A stretch of DNA of 64,000 bases, taken from NCBI GenBank assembly GCA_052426225.1, contig JBNJNM010000017.1:15052-79051 (forward strand), given 5' to 3'. Position numbers and translations under genes: made by a program. Shown here in pieces: positions 12,431 to 23,872 of this stretch (positions are counted from its first letter, which is position 1; each line of letters begins with the position of its first letter). The DNA is from Zancudomyces culisetae HAW-14-8. Its lineage: Eukaryota; Fungi; Kickxellomycota. Below the pieces are notes generated by a model. The model had not been told where the DNA came from. It worked only from the letters and a program-made list of their open reading frames with translations, and ran no database searches.

Positions 12431-13057
12431 CTATACTAGCTCAGTTAAACTAGTTATTTTGACGACATTTTCTGCATCATTAAAACTGCTGGCCTTCCGT
12501 TTTCTATCCAGCAAAATTGAATTGAAACCTGCCTTCGATGAGGCCAGGTAGTCGCCAAAGAGATCGTCGCCAATATGGCAAACCTGTTGTGGAATATATT
12601 TATTTTCGACAGCAGCCGAGTAAAGTTTCGGATCTGGCTTCTGTAGCTGCATAGATTCACTGGTAATAATAAAGGAAAAATATCTGTCCAAACCAAAACT
12701 CTTAACCACTTGCTTTGTGCGATTGTCGGAATTGGTTATTATCCCCAATTTGTACTTGTTTGTGTATAATTCCTGAAGGGTAGGTATTGTGTCTTCGTAA
12801 AGGCTAAATCCCGAACTGCCGGAAAAATGTTCGAATAACTCTTCAGATGCAGAGTCTATGAATTTTTCGATACTAGAGGGATGGACTCCGCCTAGGAACC
12901 AAGTTCGTTCAATCACTCTTTTCCACCATTCAAAAGCGTCCATCGAACCCACACCGTAGCACGGAAATGATCGACCAAGCCGTTCTAGAGCTACGGGAAA
13001 GCTTTTTGTTATAAGTGCTTCATCTACAACGACTTTATTCGCTTTAAGAATTTTCGA
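12431..13057 (-). CDS. HAD-superfamily hydrolase, HDHD3-like; 5' part (motif I) not found, so it may be truncated or a pseudogene
   Basis: Open frame SKILKANKVVVDEALITKSF...FPCYG...EWWKRVIERT...LGIITNSDNR...QKPDPKLY...CHIGDDLFGDYLASSKAGFNSILL (motifs II-IV). TAG at 13058-13060 could be a splice acceptor. Confidence 0.75.
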   Translation of the reverse strand, partial: SKILKANKVVVDEALITKSFPVALERLGRSFPCYGVGSMDAFEWWKRVIERTWFLGGVHPSSIEKFIDSASEELFEHFSGSSGFSLYEDTIPTLQELYTNKYKLGIITNSDNRTKQVVKSFGLDRYFSFIITSESMQLQKPDPKLYSAAVENKYIPQQVCHIGDDLFGDYLASSKAGFNSILLDRKRKASSFNDAENVVKITSLTELV

Positions 13058-13618
13058 CTATTTGTTTATGTTACGCCAAACACTGTAAAACGTAGGGAGG
13101 CGGTAGACGTGGCAGAGATAGCAGCAGAGCCACACAGCGAAAAAGAAGCAGATGGGGATGGTCGTGAGGAAGAGTGCGCAATGAGCACATAGAAGGTCGT
13201 CGGATTTAACAGGAAAGTTTAGGGAGGAAAATGAAATCTTTAAGGCGCACATTACTACAGCAAGTGTAAGAAAAAAAATATCGAGATGGATAAATACAGA
13301 GAAAAAGAAAAAAATTACACGTTCTTTTTATAAAGTAGATAAATAAATAAACAAAAGTGGTAGTATACCAGTAGACTAGCCCCAGCCTCTTGAAACCAAA
13401 GAATATCATCTTTGAGTTCTGGGTTGGTAGAAAAAAACGACTAAGTACTAAATACTGTAAATGGTAACTGCAAACCCCAGAACTAAGTATATTTATGGAG
13501 CAAGAAAATACCCAAAGTGATGTAACCAGTGACTGTTTGATTTGTTTCTACTATATGTGAATATGTTTGTAAAATGTTTAGGGACATTTTACTATCAGGT
13601 TTTGAACCTTTACATGTT

Positions 13619-14462
13619 CTATCCTCCTTCCCAGAAATCTGGGGACATTCTCGTAAAAAACCCACCGTTATTACACATTAATACGTCATATCCTCTGTTG
13701 CCAAATAAACTGGTGTTTAACAGCAATCTCAATATTATTCGATCTGTATTTATCACTGGTAACTGTGTTGAAGCTGTTGGAAATTCGGGATCACAACTAG
13801 CAAAAAATAAATTCCTGGATCTTTTTCATACGAAGCTGATAAAATCCTCGCCAAGGCGACAAGACCTGCGCAGTGGATGGGGTACATTGTATCCGAAGCC
13901 GCTTTACTCTGCAAAGCTGGTTTCAAGCTCACTGGTCAGTAATTCATTAACTTGTGCACTTGAGTTGCATTTTGGGTATATATTTTTTTTATCAACGCTC
14001 AGTTTTTGTGCTCTCTTTTGTTGGTTAGCAAGTAATATTACACGGCCATTGTATTTCATCAGCCCCAAAAAGTTGGAGATAAGTTGGCATTTAGAAAATA
14101 GTTTTTTTCAATTGCTTGGCTAGCATCATAGCTACCTGCCTCTGTAGAGGAGGGATAATTGTCACACGTCATTAACATGTCAATACACTGATCTCCAGTG
14201 CTGTCTAACAGGTATTCCTTGAACTTCATTGCATCATTTTCTTTGTACTCAATGTTATAAAAACAGGGGTAATTATAACCGTGCAGTTGGCTCGTTTTGT
14301 AGTTTCAGGTGCATGCAATTCTTCTGAGTCTTCATTATTTCCTGGAAAACAGACAGCGTAGATGTGAAGATCCTCCTTGGCTGTCAGTGCTAGTCGTCTA
14401 GCAATTGCGGAAACCAGATTGGTTCCACCTCCAGTCATCACAAAAACTTTACTATTCGACAT
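13619..14462 (-). pseudogene. Carbonyl-reductase (CBR1)-like SDR with frame breaks at about 4 sites; pseudogene or local sequencing errors
   Basis: Pieces in different frames: MSNSKVFVMTGGGTNLVSAIARRL / EYKENDAMKFKEYLL...IDMLM...AIEKNYFLNANL / NFLGLMKYNGRVILLA / MYPIHCAGLVALARILS / RNLFFASCDP...NNGGFFTRMSPDFWEGG*. They are collinear with the CBR1-type SDR layout. Confidence 0.7.
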
Positions 14463-14939
14463 TTGACGGAAAATCGTGGTTTCTTTTGCTTTTTGCTATT
14501 TCACTAGTAATCTGGGGAACACAATAGTTACTTCAAAAAAGAACAAAGCGCATTTTTTATCGTTAACACCTGGCAAATTGCAGATATGAATTTACCTAGA
14601 AGAAATTGTTACAAAGTAATTTAGCACTGGAATACAGTAATTTCGTCCAATGGCCAGGTACTAGAGCACAGCTTTCATTGGTGAGTAAATTGCTACGACA
14701 ATAAAACAATAGTGAGAGGCCAATGAAAGTATGTGCACAAGTTGCATTATAGAGCCATTCTTTCCCCTCTACTTTCTTGCTTTTGCTTTTTGCTCGTTAA
14801 CTCTTTTAGCTTCTTATGTGCTAGGTTTACATGATATCACCTAATTATACATCTTGATACTCTAATTTTCCTGATAAGGCTGTTTATAAAAATCACTGTA
14901 GTACAAAGGAGATCACTAGTCAGAAAAAACAATTCGAGA

Positions 14940-15883
14940 ATGCAAAGACTGTTTGGAACAAGCAAACCGAAGGCACCAGAGCCTACAATTAACGACACTT
15001 TGAGCTCTGTAAGTGGGTTAAGTCATTTGATTTTGATTTTTTTTATTTAATTTCTAGAATATCTTTACTTTTATGTCAAGATGCACGAATCGTCTAAAAC
15101 AAAGGACGGCCAATCAGCACTATATAGCGAATGAGAAGGAGCATATCGAACACGGAATAACAATTTTAGTTTTTATAGATGGATAGTAGAATTTCTGGTC
15201 TTGAGGAAAAGGTTAAAAAGTATGATTCAGAACTAAGTGCACTAAACATTCAATTAAAAAAATTACCTGAGGGTGGCTCAAAGGTATTTATTTTATACGT
15301 GAAACCTTAGCATAAGTATCAACTAGTGGAGTTACTATCCTTCACCTCAACCTGGCTAATTTTTCCCACTATTACTGTTTTCTAGAATATCTTGAGGCAG
15401 AAAGCGATGAGAATATTAAAGCAAAAAAAGCAAATTGAAGGACAAATCGAATCCATATACTCACAGAAGTTCACAATCGAAAGCAGTGTTATAGCTACAG
15501 ATAATTTAAAGGCGACATATTCTACTATTAAAGCAATGGAAGTTACTAGCAAGGAGCTTAGAGCCCAATCAAAAAAAGTCAATATCGATAAAATATATAG
15601 CCTGCAGGATGAAATCGCCATGTATATGGAGCAAGCTGACGAGTTTAATGAGATCCTTACTAGAGACTATGCTACACCAGTAGATATTGACGAAGATATG
15701 CTTGAAGCAGAATTGGAAGCTTTGGGCACGGAGATTGAACTAGAAAAGCAAATAGAGGACGAAAAATCGGGTATACCGTCCTATTTAGCTCCCAGCTCAG
15801 GTGAAACTACTAACCTTGGGGCTGAGACTGAGGAACTTCCTAACACCGAGAAGCCTACCCAACTGAATACGCTTTCGGGTTGA
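14940..15883 (+). CDS. VPS60: ESCRT-III-associated Snf7-family protein Vps60/CHMP5; exons 14940-15008, 15179-15283, 15386-15883
   Basis: MQRLFGTSKPKAPEPTINDTLSS-MDSRISGLEEKVKKYDSEL...-NILRQKAMRILKQKKQIEGQ...TPVDIDEDMLEAELEALG. The GT-AG introns keep frame. Confidence 0.92.
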
Positions 15884-16559
15884 TGTTACTATTCTGGCTA
15901 TAGAATATTTACTTGGTTTTTTTTTAAAATGACACGGTCCCTATTTCATATGTATCATTCCTCTCTTGGATTGGTGTCGAAAAAATGTTACCATCGTATT
16001 AGACATTAATCAAATACCCGCGTTTTATCGTCTCCACTGATGTCATTTTTTTTGGGAGAGGGAAGGATAGGAGGATTTATGTGTGAGTGTACGCTATTGC
16101 ACCGAAGAATTAATAGCCGCTTAAGGTCCTATTTATATTTGGCTGCTTCATACGCTCAGGTGATCGAATACTTTAATTATATTTTACCTTGCCACCGCCT
16201 GTTTCGCGTGAGCTGGATTATTTTTTTTTAAACATAATACTTTCAAGTGTTGAGAATTTTTTTTTCTTGTGTTGGAGTAAAGCCTCAATACATGTGCATT
16301 TAAAAAAGAAAAAATAATTCGTCACATCAAACATTCAAGTATTGAAGGAACGTAATGGTAAAACCGGACAAAGTACTATATATTTTGAAAGTTAAGTATT
16401 AAAAGAGATGCTAGTTATCTGTATATATGAATAGAGATTGCGGTTGGATAAATCGCGAATAAGTATAATACCAAGTTAATTAAAGTTTGTAATACTCAAA
16501 AATATATGGCCTACTTGCTGTTATTGTTAGTTATGAATATATTGAGTAAAACCTAATAC

Positions 16560-19430
16560 TTAATGTACATCAAGTTTGGAGCGCATAGTCTCTGAAAGTT
16601 CAACGACCATCATTGCAGCTTCATTAAATGAGGTTGAATTACTTGAACCACGGTCCAAACCTGTGCCGCCTAGGTTTAATTTTGTAGGCTCATTTTTTTG
16701 TTTATTTGTGATATCGATTTGTGTACTAGAAGTTGTTCCAAATTGTGAGTGCCCGCCTCTGTATGATGAAATACTTTCCGTGTATATGTTCATCGGTTTA
16801 TTATTTCCGCTGTACTTTTCCTCACTAAAGAGCTGGGAATTTGGAATTTGTGTATATGTATCATATCTTGTTTTTGAAAACTTGCTATTCATCTCAACTG
16901 TAGATGTTTCGTAATTGTGTTCAGCAGCTACTAAAGATGCTTCTCCTAACCTACTGATGTTACCATAGTTTTGTTCTGCCAAGCTCTGATCAGTTGATGT
17001 TTGTGATAACCGATCGCTAATAGTCCTAGACATTACAACAGTACGCGCATCGAGACCATGTGTAGGATATTCCATACCTAGTGTTGCGGATGCTTCTGAG
17101 CGTGAGATTGAAGGACCGACTCTTGAGCTGCTTTTATTAAAGCCGCTTTGCTGCAATGACACAGATGCTCCAGAATCTACAACATTGTTTCCGTTTGAAC
17201 TATTGATAGTGTTAATTGTTAAATGTGGGTTGTTAGCATATCCACGATGTGAAACTGGTCTAAGTAGTGATCTTATTCTGTTGGATGTAGGAAGGACTTT
17301 GTCAATCAACGTGTATATTCGATCGAACTCTGACCCAAAATTCTCTTTTGTCGCTCTGTCCAGCTCAAATCGTGTAACATCCTCAGTTGATAACATGCTA
17401 TAAATATTTGTATCCTTTCTTCCTGGTCTTTCACGTGTTGGTTTTTCTGGGTCATGTGAATTTGTAGATTGGATAACCCTGTATACATTAGGATTGACTA
17501 TCACTGCTGAATAGTTTGGCCTTCGTTTTCTAAACTCGGTGATGAGATCCAGAAGAAGAGTTAGATGAAGCTCGGGGTTAAAGTCATCCTTTTGCAGTAA
17601 AAGCCTGTCACTCGAAGAGCATATGTATGTTAGAAGTAGCGATGTAATGCGCGAGTTGCTAGTTGATTTTAGCGATTCGTGTTTAGCTATACTAGTGCAT
17701 ATTTCAAACCATGCTGAAAATAGTCCATCTTCAACATTTCCTATTTCTATTGTATCTAGACTGATTAACTTTGATGCTGGCGGTGGTATCTTGTAAATAA
17801 GCCTGTAAAAAGCTGCTCCAACATCAAGCAAAAGGGCCATACACAAGAGTCTTAGATCAGGTGATGGATTGTCACAAAGACTCCATGCTAACCCCAAACT
17901 TTGTACAGCCTGCAGTGAAGAGTCCTCGATTTCAGATATTCTGTTTTCTATGTACTCTGGATCGGATCTTTTAGGGTTGTCCAAAAACACCAACTGTAGG
18001 TCCTGTTCACTACAATGCACAAGAACATGTAGAAGCATGGGTAGTGTCAGCTTTACTCCACCAGTGCTGACTTCGCTTTCAGCACCATATGATTGATGAG
18101 ATGAGACATTACTTATAAGTGCGTTTGCTCTTGGAACAATTTTTTTCCATAGAGTATACAGGTGCTCAATCTCGCTATCACTTAAATCTAATTTTAACCG
18201 TCTGACGTTTAATATAGAGCTTAGATATTGGTTGTTGTTGACTACTATTGCTTTAGCATACACTTTTTCTGGATCTAGACTGCACTCTTGATCCAAATTT
18301 TGATCTTCAATATCATTTAGATTAATCCATTTAGAACCAATACTTAGTAATGACTGTTGTGCAAGTGCAAAGTATCTTTCTGTTTGGCCGAGCATAGTTA
18401 GTATCGCTATCTCTTTTATAACTGCAATTCTTTCGTCAACATCAATGTGCGATTTGACTAACCTTGACCTAATTTGGGTTTTCTCTTCCTTTCCAATAAT
18501 TCTACACCTTATTGCTTCGTTTAAAACCATATTAATCATTCTTCTAAACGCTTTTGCTTTTTCAAACTCGGTCACACGCTCTGTATGCAATAGACAGCAT
18601 AATGGATTACAACATCTCTTTTTTGTACAGTGCAGAGGATATTTGGCATCATATAACATCAGATTTACATTTATCATAAAGATATGATCAATTACAGACG
18701 GTTGATCCACTTTCACTAGTTCGTTCAGCTTCCACTTTGCCACCAAATCTAGGTTTAGCTTTGTACTTTTACAGGCATCAGCAACTAGGTACGCTATATC
18801 TTCCAGATATCCCGGAGTTGAACGTCTTGTAGCTTCTTGAATTCTTTTTGTTACTCTGCATCTAATTTCATAGCTGAGAAGTTCATCATTGAAGTATTTT
18901 TTAAACAACAACTCATTAACGTGTTGCATAAAAGCCAAAACATAGTTTCTTTCTTTTTTTGGTGCATCTCTGGCATCAAAATTACTGATGTTTCTGTATA
19001 TCAGGCTCGGTTGATTAACGTCATAGTGACTTTCGTCTTTGCTTGCATCGTACACATCTCTACTTTTGCCTCTGGTCACACCTGATTCGTATTTAGAGCT
19101 GTGGTTTTCGTCTTCATTTCCTTTTGCATATTTGAAAAACTCGTCATAATCTGTGGTATAACTCTTATAACCAAATGACTTGCTTGGCATGTTTTCTAGC
19201 TTTCCAGAAGAAAGTGTCTTGTTTGCTGGTGAGGAGTTGAAACTTTTGTTGGTATCGCTTTCGTATCCCCGACTTGATGAATGCAGTTTTTCGTTCAACT
19301 TGGTCATAATTTTTTTACCGCTTTTTAAAGCCTGCATGTATCTAATTTGCCTGTTTTTGCTTGAGTTTTCGACCAAGTTTAACACTAACTTGTGATCATC
19401 AACATCATTTACCATTTTTTTGCTAATCAT
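16560..19430 (-). CDS. Hypothetical protein, 956 aa, no family recognised
   Basis: Long uninterrupted ORF in AT-rich DNA. Helical-looking core flanked by S/N-rich low-complexity ends. Confidence 0.8.
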   Translation of the reverse strand: MISKKMVNDVDDHKLVLNLVENSSKNRQIRYMQALKSGKKIMTKLNEKLHSSSRGYESDTNKSFNSSPANKTLSSGKLENMPSKSFGYKSYTTDYDEFFKYAKGNEDENHSSKYESGVTRGKSRDVYDASKDESHYDVNQPSLIYRNISNFDARDAPKKERNYVLAFMQHVNELLFKKYFNDELLSYEIRCRVTKRIQEATRRSTPGYLEDIAYLVADACKSTKLNLDLVAKWKLNELVKVDQPSVIDHIFMINVNLMLYDAKYPLHCTKKRCCNPLCCLLHTERVTEFEKAKAFRRMINMVLNEAIRCRIIGKEEKTQIRSRLVKSHIDVDERIAVIKEIAILTMLGQTERYFALAQQSLLSIGSKWINLNDIEDQNLDQECSLDPEKVYAKAIVVNNNQYLSSILNVRRLKLDLSDSEIEHLYTLWKKIVPRANALISNVSSHQSYGAESEVSTGGVKLTLPMLLHVLVHCSEQDLQLVFLDNPKRSDPEYIENRISEIEDSSLQAVQSLGLAWSLCDNPSPDLRLLCMALLLDVGAAFYRLIYKIPPPASKLISLDTIEIGNVEDGLFSAWFEICTSIAKHESLKSTSNSRITSLLLTYICSSSDRLLLQKDDFNPELHLTLLLDLITEFRKRRPNYSAVIVNPNVYRVIQSTNSHDPEKPTRERPGRKDTNIYSMLSTEDVTRFELDRATKENFGSEFDRIYTLIDKVLPTSNRIRSLLRPVSHRGYANNPHLTINTINSSNGNNVVDSGASVSLQQSGFNKSSSRVGPSISRSEASATLGMEYPTHGLDARTVVMSRTISDRLSQTSTDQSLAEQNYGNISRLGEASLVAAEHNYETSTVEMNSKFSKTRYDTYTQIPNSQLFSEEKYSGNNKPMNIYTESISSYRGGHSQFGTTSSTQIDITNKQKNEPTKLNLGGTGLDRGSSNSTSFNEAAMMVVELSETMRSKLDVH

Positions 19431-22301
19431 TATAATAATATAATATCAGTATTGTGTTAATGTTGAAATTATTTTGCTATCTCCTTTGTACTGCTTCGCC
19501 GCAATACTCCCATCTACGTATTATACCAAAACTATACCAAATATAGCCCAATAAGTGAGAAACAAAACAGAAAGTGAGGGGAAAATATCTCGCTCTAGTA
19601 AAATGTTTGCTTTTACGTAGGTTTTTTTTTAGCTTGCTAGGCCTATATCTTCAGGAGGACCTTAAAGATGTCTGCTTGTATCTAGATGAGTATCACCCTC
19701 CAAAAAGGAACTTATTCCACATTCAATACTATCCTATTTTTTTTAATCTCACTTCAGGTACAAAAAGTTCTGGTGTACTCTTGGTCGCTTTACACTTTTT
19801 GTTCAGCAATGGATGGAAATTTTTGTTGAATAAAGTGTTGAGTTGTGTATACGACTGAGCTTTTTTTTTTGTAGTATGCGTAGATGTAATAAGAAAATAT
19901 TATTGTACACTATAACACGCTCAAAATGCTGAAGTTATATACCACCACTGTGTTTTATATTGTTTTTTCGAGATATTACTCTTAAACCTGCCTTTAGACT
20001 TTGCTTGTTCTTTGCACTTGCTTTTTCTGTAAATAACTTCTTTTGATATTCAGTTGGATAAGGGTTAATGCCTATTACACTCCAAATCAAAAAGTAGAGG
20101 GGTTGAGGTATAAATAATACATAAAAGCCAATGCTGCTTCAAAGGTTATATGCGTTTTATAGTCTTTGGTAGTAATGGTGATTGTTGTTTATATTAAAGT
20201 AAATATCCACTGGTATTAATTTAAACAATTCGAATATGTTGCTGGATTCAGAATAAATAATGTTCGTAGTATCTGGATATACTATACTGTCTAATCTGTC
20301 GCCTATTCTGATTCTTAGTTTTGAATTTATTTTTTTTGGAATATAATATACCCTGAGTTGGAACAAAGTTTTGTCTACTGATAAATCACACCCTAACCCT
20401 TATATTACATTACTTCAGGTCTGGTGAAAAAAAGGGGTTTCTAAAAATTCGTGTTTGCATGACAGTACCTTCATCAGAACTATGATATTTATTATTAACA
20501 ACTTTTATAAACCCGCTCAAAGGATAACCGTAACTATTTAGATTACCTTTGCATTTAGTTTTACTCCTTGTGTTTAACGTGTGGTAGTCAAAAAAAAACA
20601 CATATTAAATACGGATAATATTTCCATCATGGAGTTAAAAGTAGGTATTAAGTTTCATTTGAGGAAAAATCATTTGAAAAGAAAGGTCAACTTTAGTAGT
20701 GATGTTTTATCGGTCACAGCATCCTGGTATCGCAAAGCTAACCGCGTTTCAGAAAACTATATTTTTAGGTTTGTGGATATCCTTGAAATGCTAATTTCCT
20801 TTTTCATATTGCTGGCTAATCTTTATATTTGATTAGATGTAATTCAAAGCCGCTTTATTTAGCATAACCAGATATCTACGCTGTGTGTATTGTATTTATT
20901 TGCCTTTGTTTGACATATTGCTGCTATTTTCATATCTATTACCCCACCCTGCTTGATTGAAAAATGTTTTTTTTTTCGATACAAAAAGTGTGAGGGTCCA
21001 CTGGCCAAGACATTTATTAAAGTAGGTTTTCAAAAAAGCTACATGTCTAAAAAGACGGATAACTTTATGTTGGTAAACTGAGCAAATAATATACATCATA
21101 TACAATGATCATAAAAAAGCGATAACTTGATACACAAACACTTTTTGTAGTAAGCAGTGATAGGCCAAAATTGTGATTTTATTAGCACTTAAACCCAAAC
21201 CCGCAAAATAGTGGTGTTATGGTTATTTTTCAATTTTAGAAAGATGTATCACACAGTTGTATTGTGGCTATCTTGCAGATTTTGTTTTGAAAACCTGTAT
21301 ATAAAAAGATATCTACTTCCTTCAGCGACTAAAAAGCAATTCAACGTGACCTAGCGAGTCAGAATTACAAAAGTATTTATTCTACGGGTTAGTTTCTTTG
21401 TCCCCCCCAAAAAAATGAAAGCGGCAAGTCTTGAGTTGTATATCTACCATGAGATCTATTACACAAAAAAAGTAATCATTTCATAAACAAACTCATAACA
21501 TATGTATGAAACTCTTAAACAATAACTTTGCACAATACTTTTACCCTCTGGCTTATCATTCTAGCTAACTGTATATGCGTTTTTTTTTAAATCAGTTTAA
21601 AACTTTTGCTTGTAAAAGTGGTTGTATACAAATTGCTGTGGAGAGATGTAGTCTATCTGAATATTTTAAATCCCCCTCCCATGCTTCGATGGAAGCAAGA
21701 GGAGAGAAAAAATTATAGCCACTTGTTGACGACACATTTCTCTGATGTGACAAATAAACTCAAGGGATAGATTTGTGTTACAATTATGGTGTAGCCAGGC
21801 AACTCCTAAAGGTGTGCAGATATGGGGGCGCACAAAGGACATTTGAAATCCTTTTTTCTACTTTCTAGAAAAGAGAGTACACTCAAGGCTAAAATTAAAC
21901 GTAAAGCGTCAGAATTGCTGTAAAAAAATGTTCAAAAAGTGGTTCTTATCAAACACATATTCAGCTCTCAATAAAGTGACCTATTTTACAATGCAAAGCA
22001 TAATGACTGCCAAAAGTCATTATGATAAAATTAAATAAAGCGCTTTGAGTAATCAGCGTGAACCTGTACCTCATAAACCCCATATATTGCACTTGGAACA
22101 TTGTTCTGCGTCCCCTCACAATAGATGTACATACGCTGAACAGGAGTAAAAACTTAAATGATAACGTTGTGATTTCTTAAAAAGAATAATGTCTAATACA
22201 AATAAAATGTAAGTCCAAGATATTTGGAGTAACTTCTATACATTCTTGAACAGTATAAACAACTGGTGCTATTGTACTCCAGCTGAAAAAAAGGTAACTA
22301 T

Positions 22302-22919
22302 TCACTGCGATTCTGATTCTTTAGTCGAATCACTTTCTTTTTTATTTGCATTTTCTTGCTTATTTGCATTTTCGGCTAGCTCAATCTGTATACGCTCGAA
22401 TGCACGCGCAATTTTGGCCTGCACATACAATGAACCCCCGTCTTTATAATCATTCATTTTAAATAAATATTCATATTTCTATTTTTTATGAGATAAAGTA
22501 GATAAAGGTTTCGTCAGCGAGCTACTTTTTGCAGATATATGATACTAAGTACAGATAAACATTTACCTTTCGGAGTTCTTCCATATTTTCCAAATTTTCA
22601 ACGTTTAATATTTTCATTGATTCATCGAGAGTAATTCCGGTGGTTCGAGTTGCCTGATCTTTAGCTAAGTCTTCGGTTTTGGCATTCCCGGCAGCTGCTC
22701 GTGCAGCAGCAGAATCTGTAGATTAAAATATAATAAAGTTATGGGCGGTTCAACATTCAAAGGTATTTATATGAACATTAGACAATCAATCTGTGAATTT
22801 CTTTTTCTTTAAGTTTGCTTCTTACTTTCGTTCGCCTGTTTAATTGCATCTCTAAATGCTACTCGAAACATTTTTGCCCCGTGAAGTAGCATTTGGGCGA
22901 TAGCTTTGGGTGCTGACAT
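22302..22919 (-). CDS. PAM16: Mitochondrial import motor J-like subunit Pam16/Tim16; exons 22919-22826, 22715-22567, 22478-22302
   Basis: MSAPKAIAQMLLHGAKMFRVAFRDAIKQANE...TGITLDESMKILNVEN...KYEYLFKMNDYKDGGSLYVQAKIARAFERI. Absent from the ORF track because of its introns. Confidence 0.92.
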
Positions 22920-23872
22920 TTTTACTCAATTCGATGCTTTACGCTTTTATTGTTTTATTATTATTATAGAATTCGATGTTTGCAGAAACTCTGTCTTTAT
23001 CAGAACTTGAAGAGTATCTCTTTTTATTTTGTAGAGTGTTATTATAATTCATTATGTAACTGGAACTATCTCAAATCAGCTATTAGCTGATCTTGGCTTC
23101 CTTGAAAATTGGTGAAAAAAATTTTTTTTTCATTTGTCCAAGAAGTTTTAAAGGACAAAGGACAAAGGACAAATAGGTATTTTGATTTTCAAAAACTATT
23201 GCTCTAAATGTACATGCTAACCACAGATTGACTCGAAAAAACGTGGTGTGTAGTTGGGGAAGGGGTGTACACAATTATAAAAGGTACAATTTTGGAAATT
23301 CATATCAATAGAACCTGCTTGGGAACCTAAGGATGTTTCATAAGAAGCCTTAAGAAAGCTGGTGAGTAAAAACAGCTTAAAAACTATGGTGTAACAAGTC
23401 ATAGTACTTAGGTATGATACCAAAATTTTTGAACATGGCGAGCTCCAGTCACGGTTCTAACGAAGATACTGTCTGTGTATCTATAACGCTTTTTTTGTCT
23501 CTATTTGTGTATAGGTCTAAAACCTCCGTCCAAAAAAAAAAAGATTTATTTACTAGCTATATCTATAAAACTGAATATAAAGAGTTGCTATCATAGTTAC
23601 ATGGACACATTTCATAAAATTCTAACAGTGCTTAAGACAGGAGAGAATCCAACACATTTTCCCTGACATTGTCCTCGACACTTGATTTCTATATTCAAAT
23701 CTATATCTATTATTATTCTTGTGTTGATAGTATGAATATTCTGCTGTGATGCGAGTCAGTCTAGAATAATTTTTTTCTCTGAAAATAGAGATAAAGTCAC
23801 CACCTTTCCGGTTCAATTGTAAGTGTAAATGTGTGTACTAAATAAAAATGTAGCTATAAAAGTGCAATAATT

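Noticed and set aside
13542-14123. 193-aa plus-strand ORF
   Set aside because: Antisense to the SDR-like sequence, non-ATG start and no recognisable motifs.
20157-20830. Protein-like ORF fragments and a CCCTAACCCT telomere-like word
   Set aside because: Many stops and no family assignable. A single 10-mer is not enough to call a telomere repeat or telomerase template.
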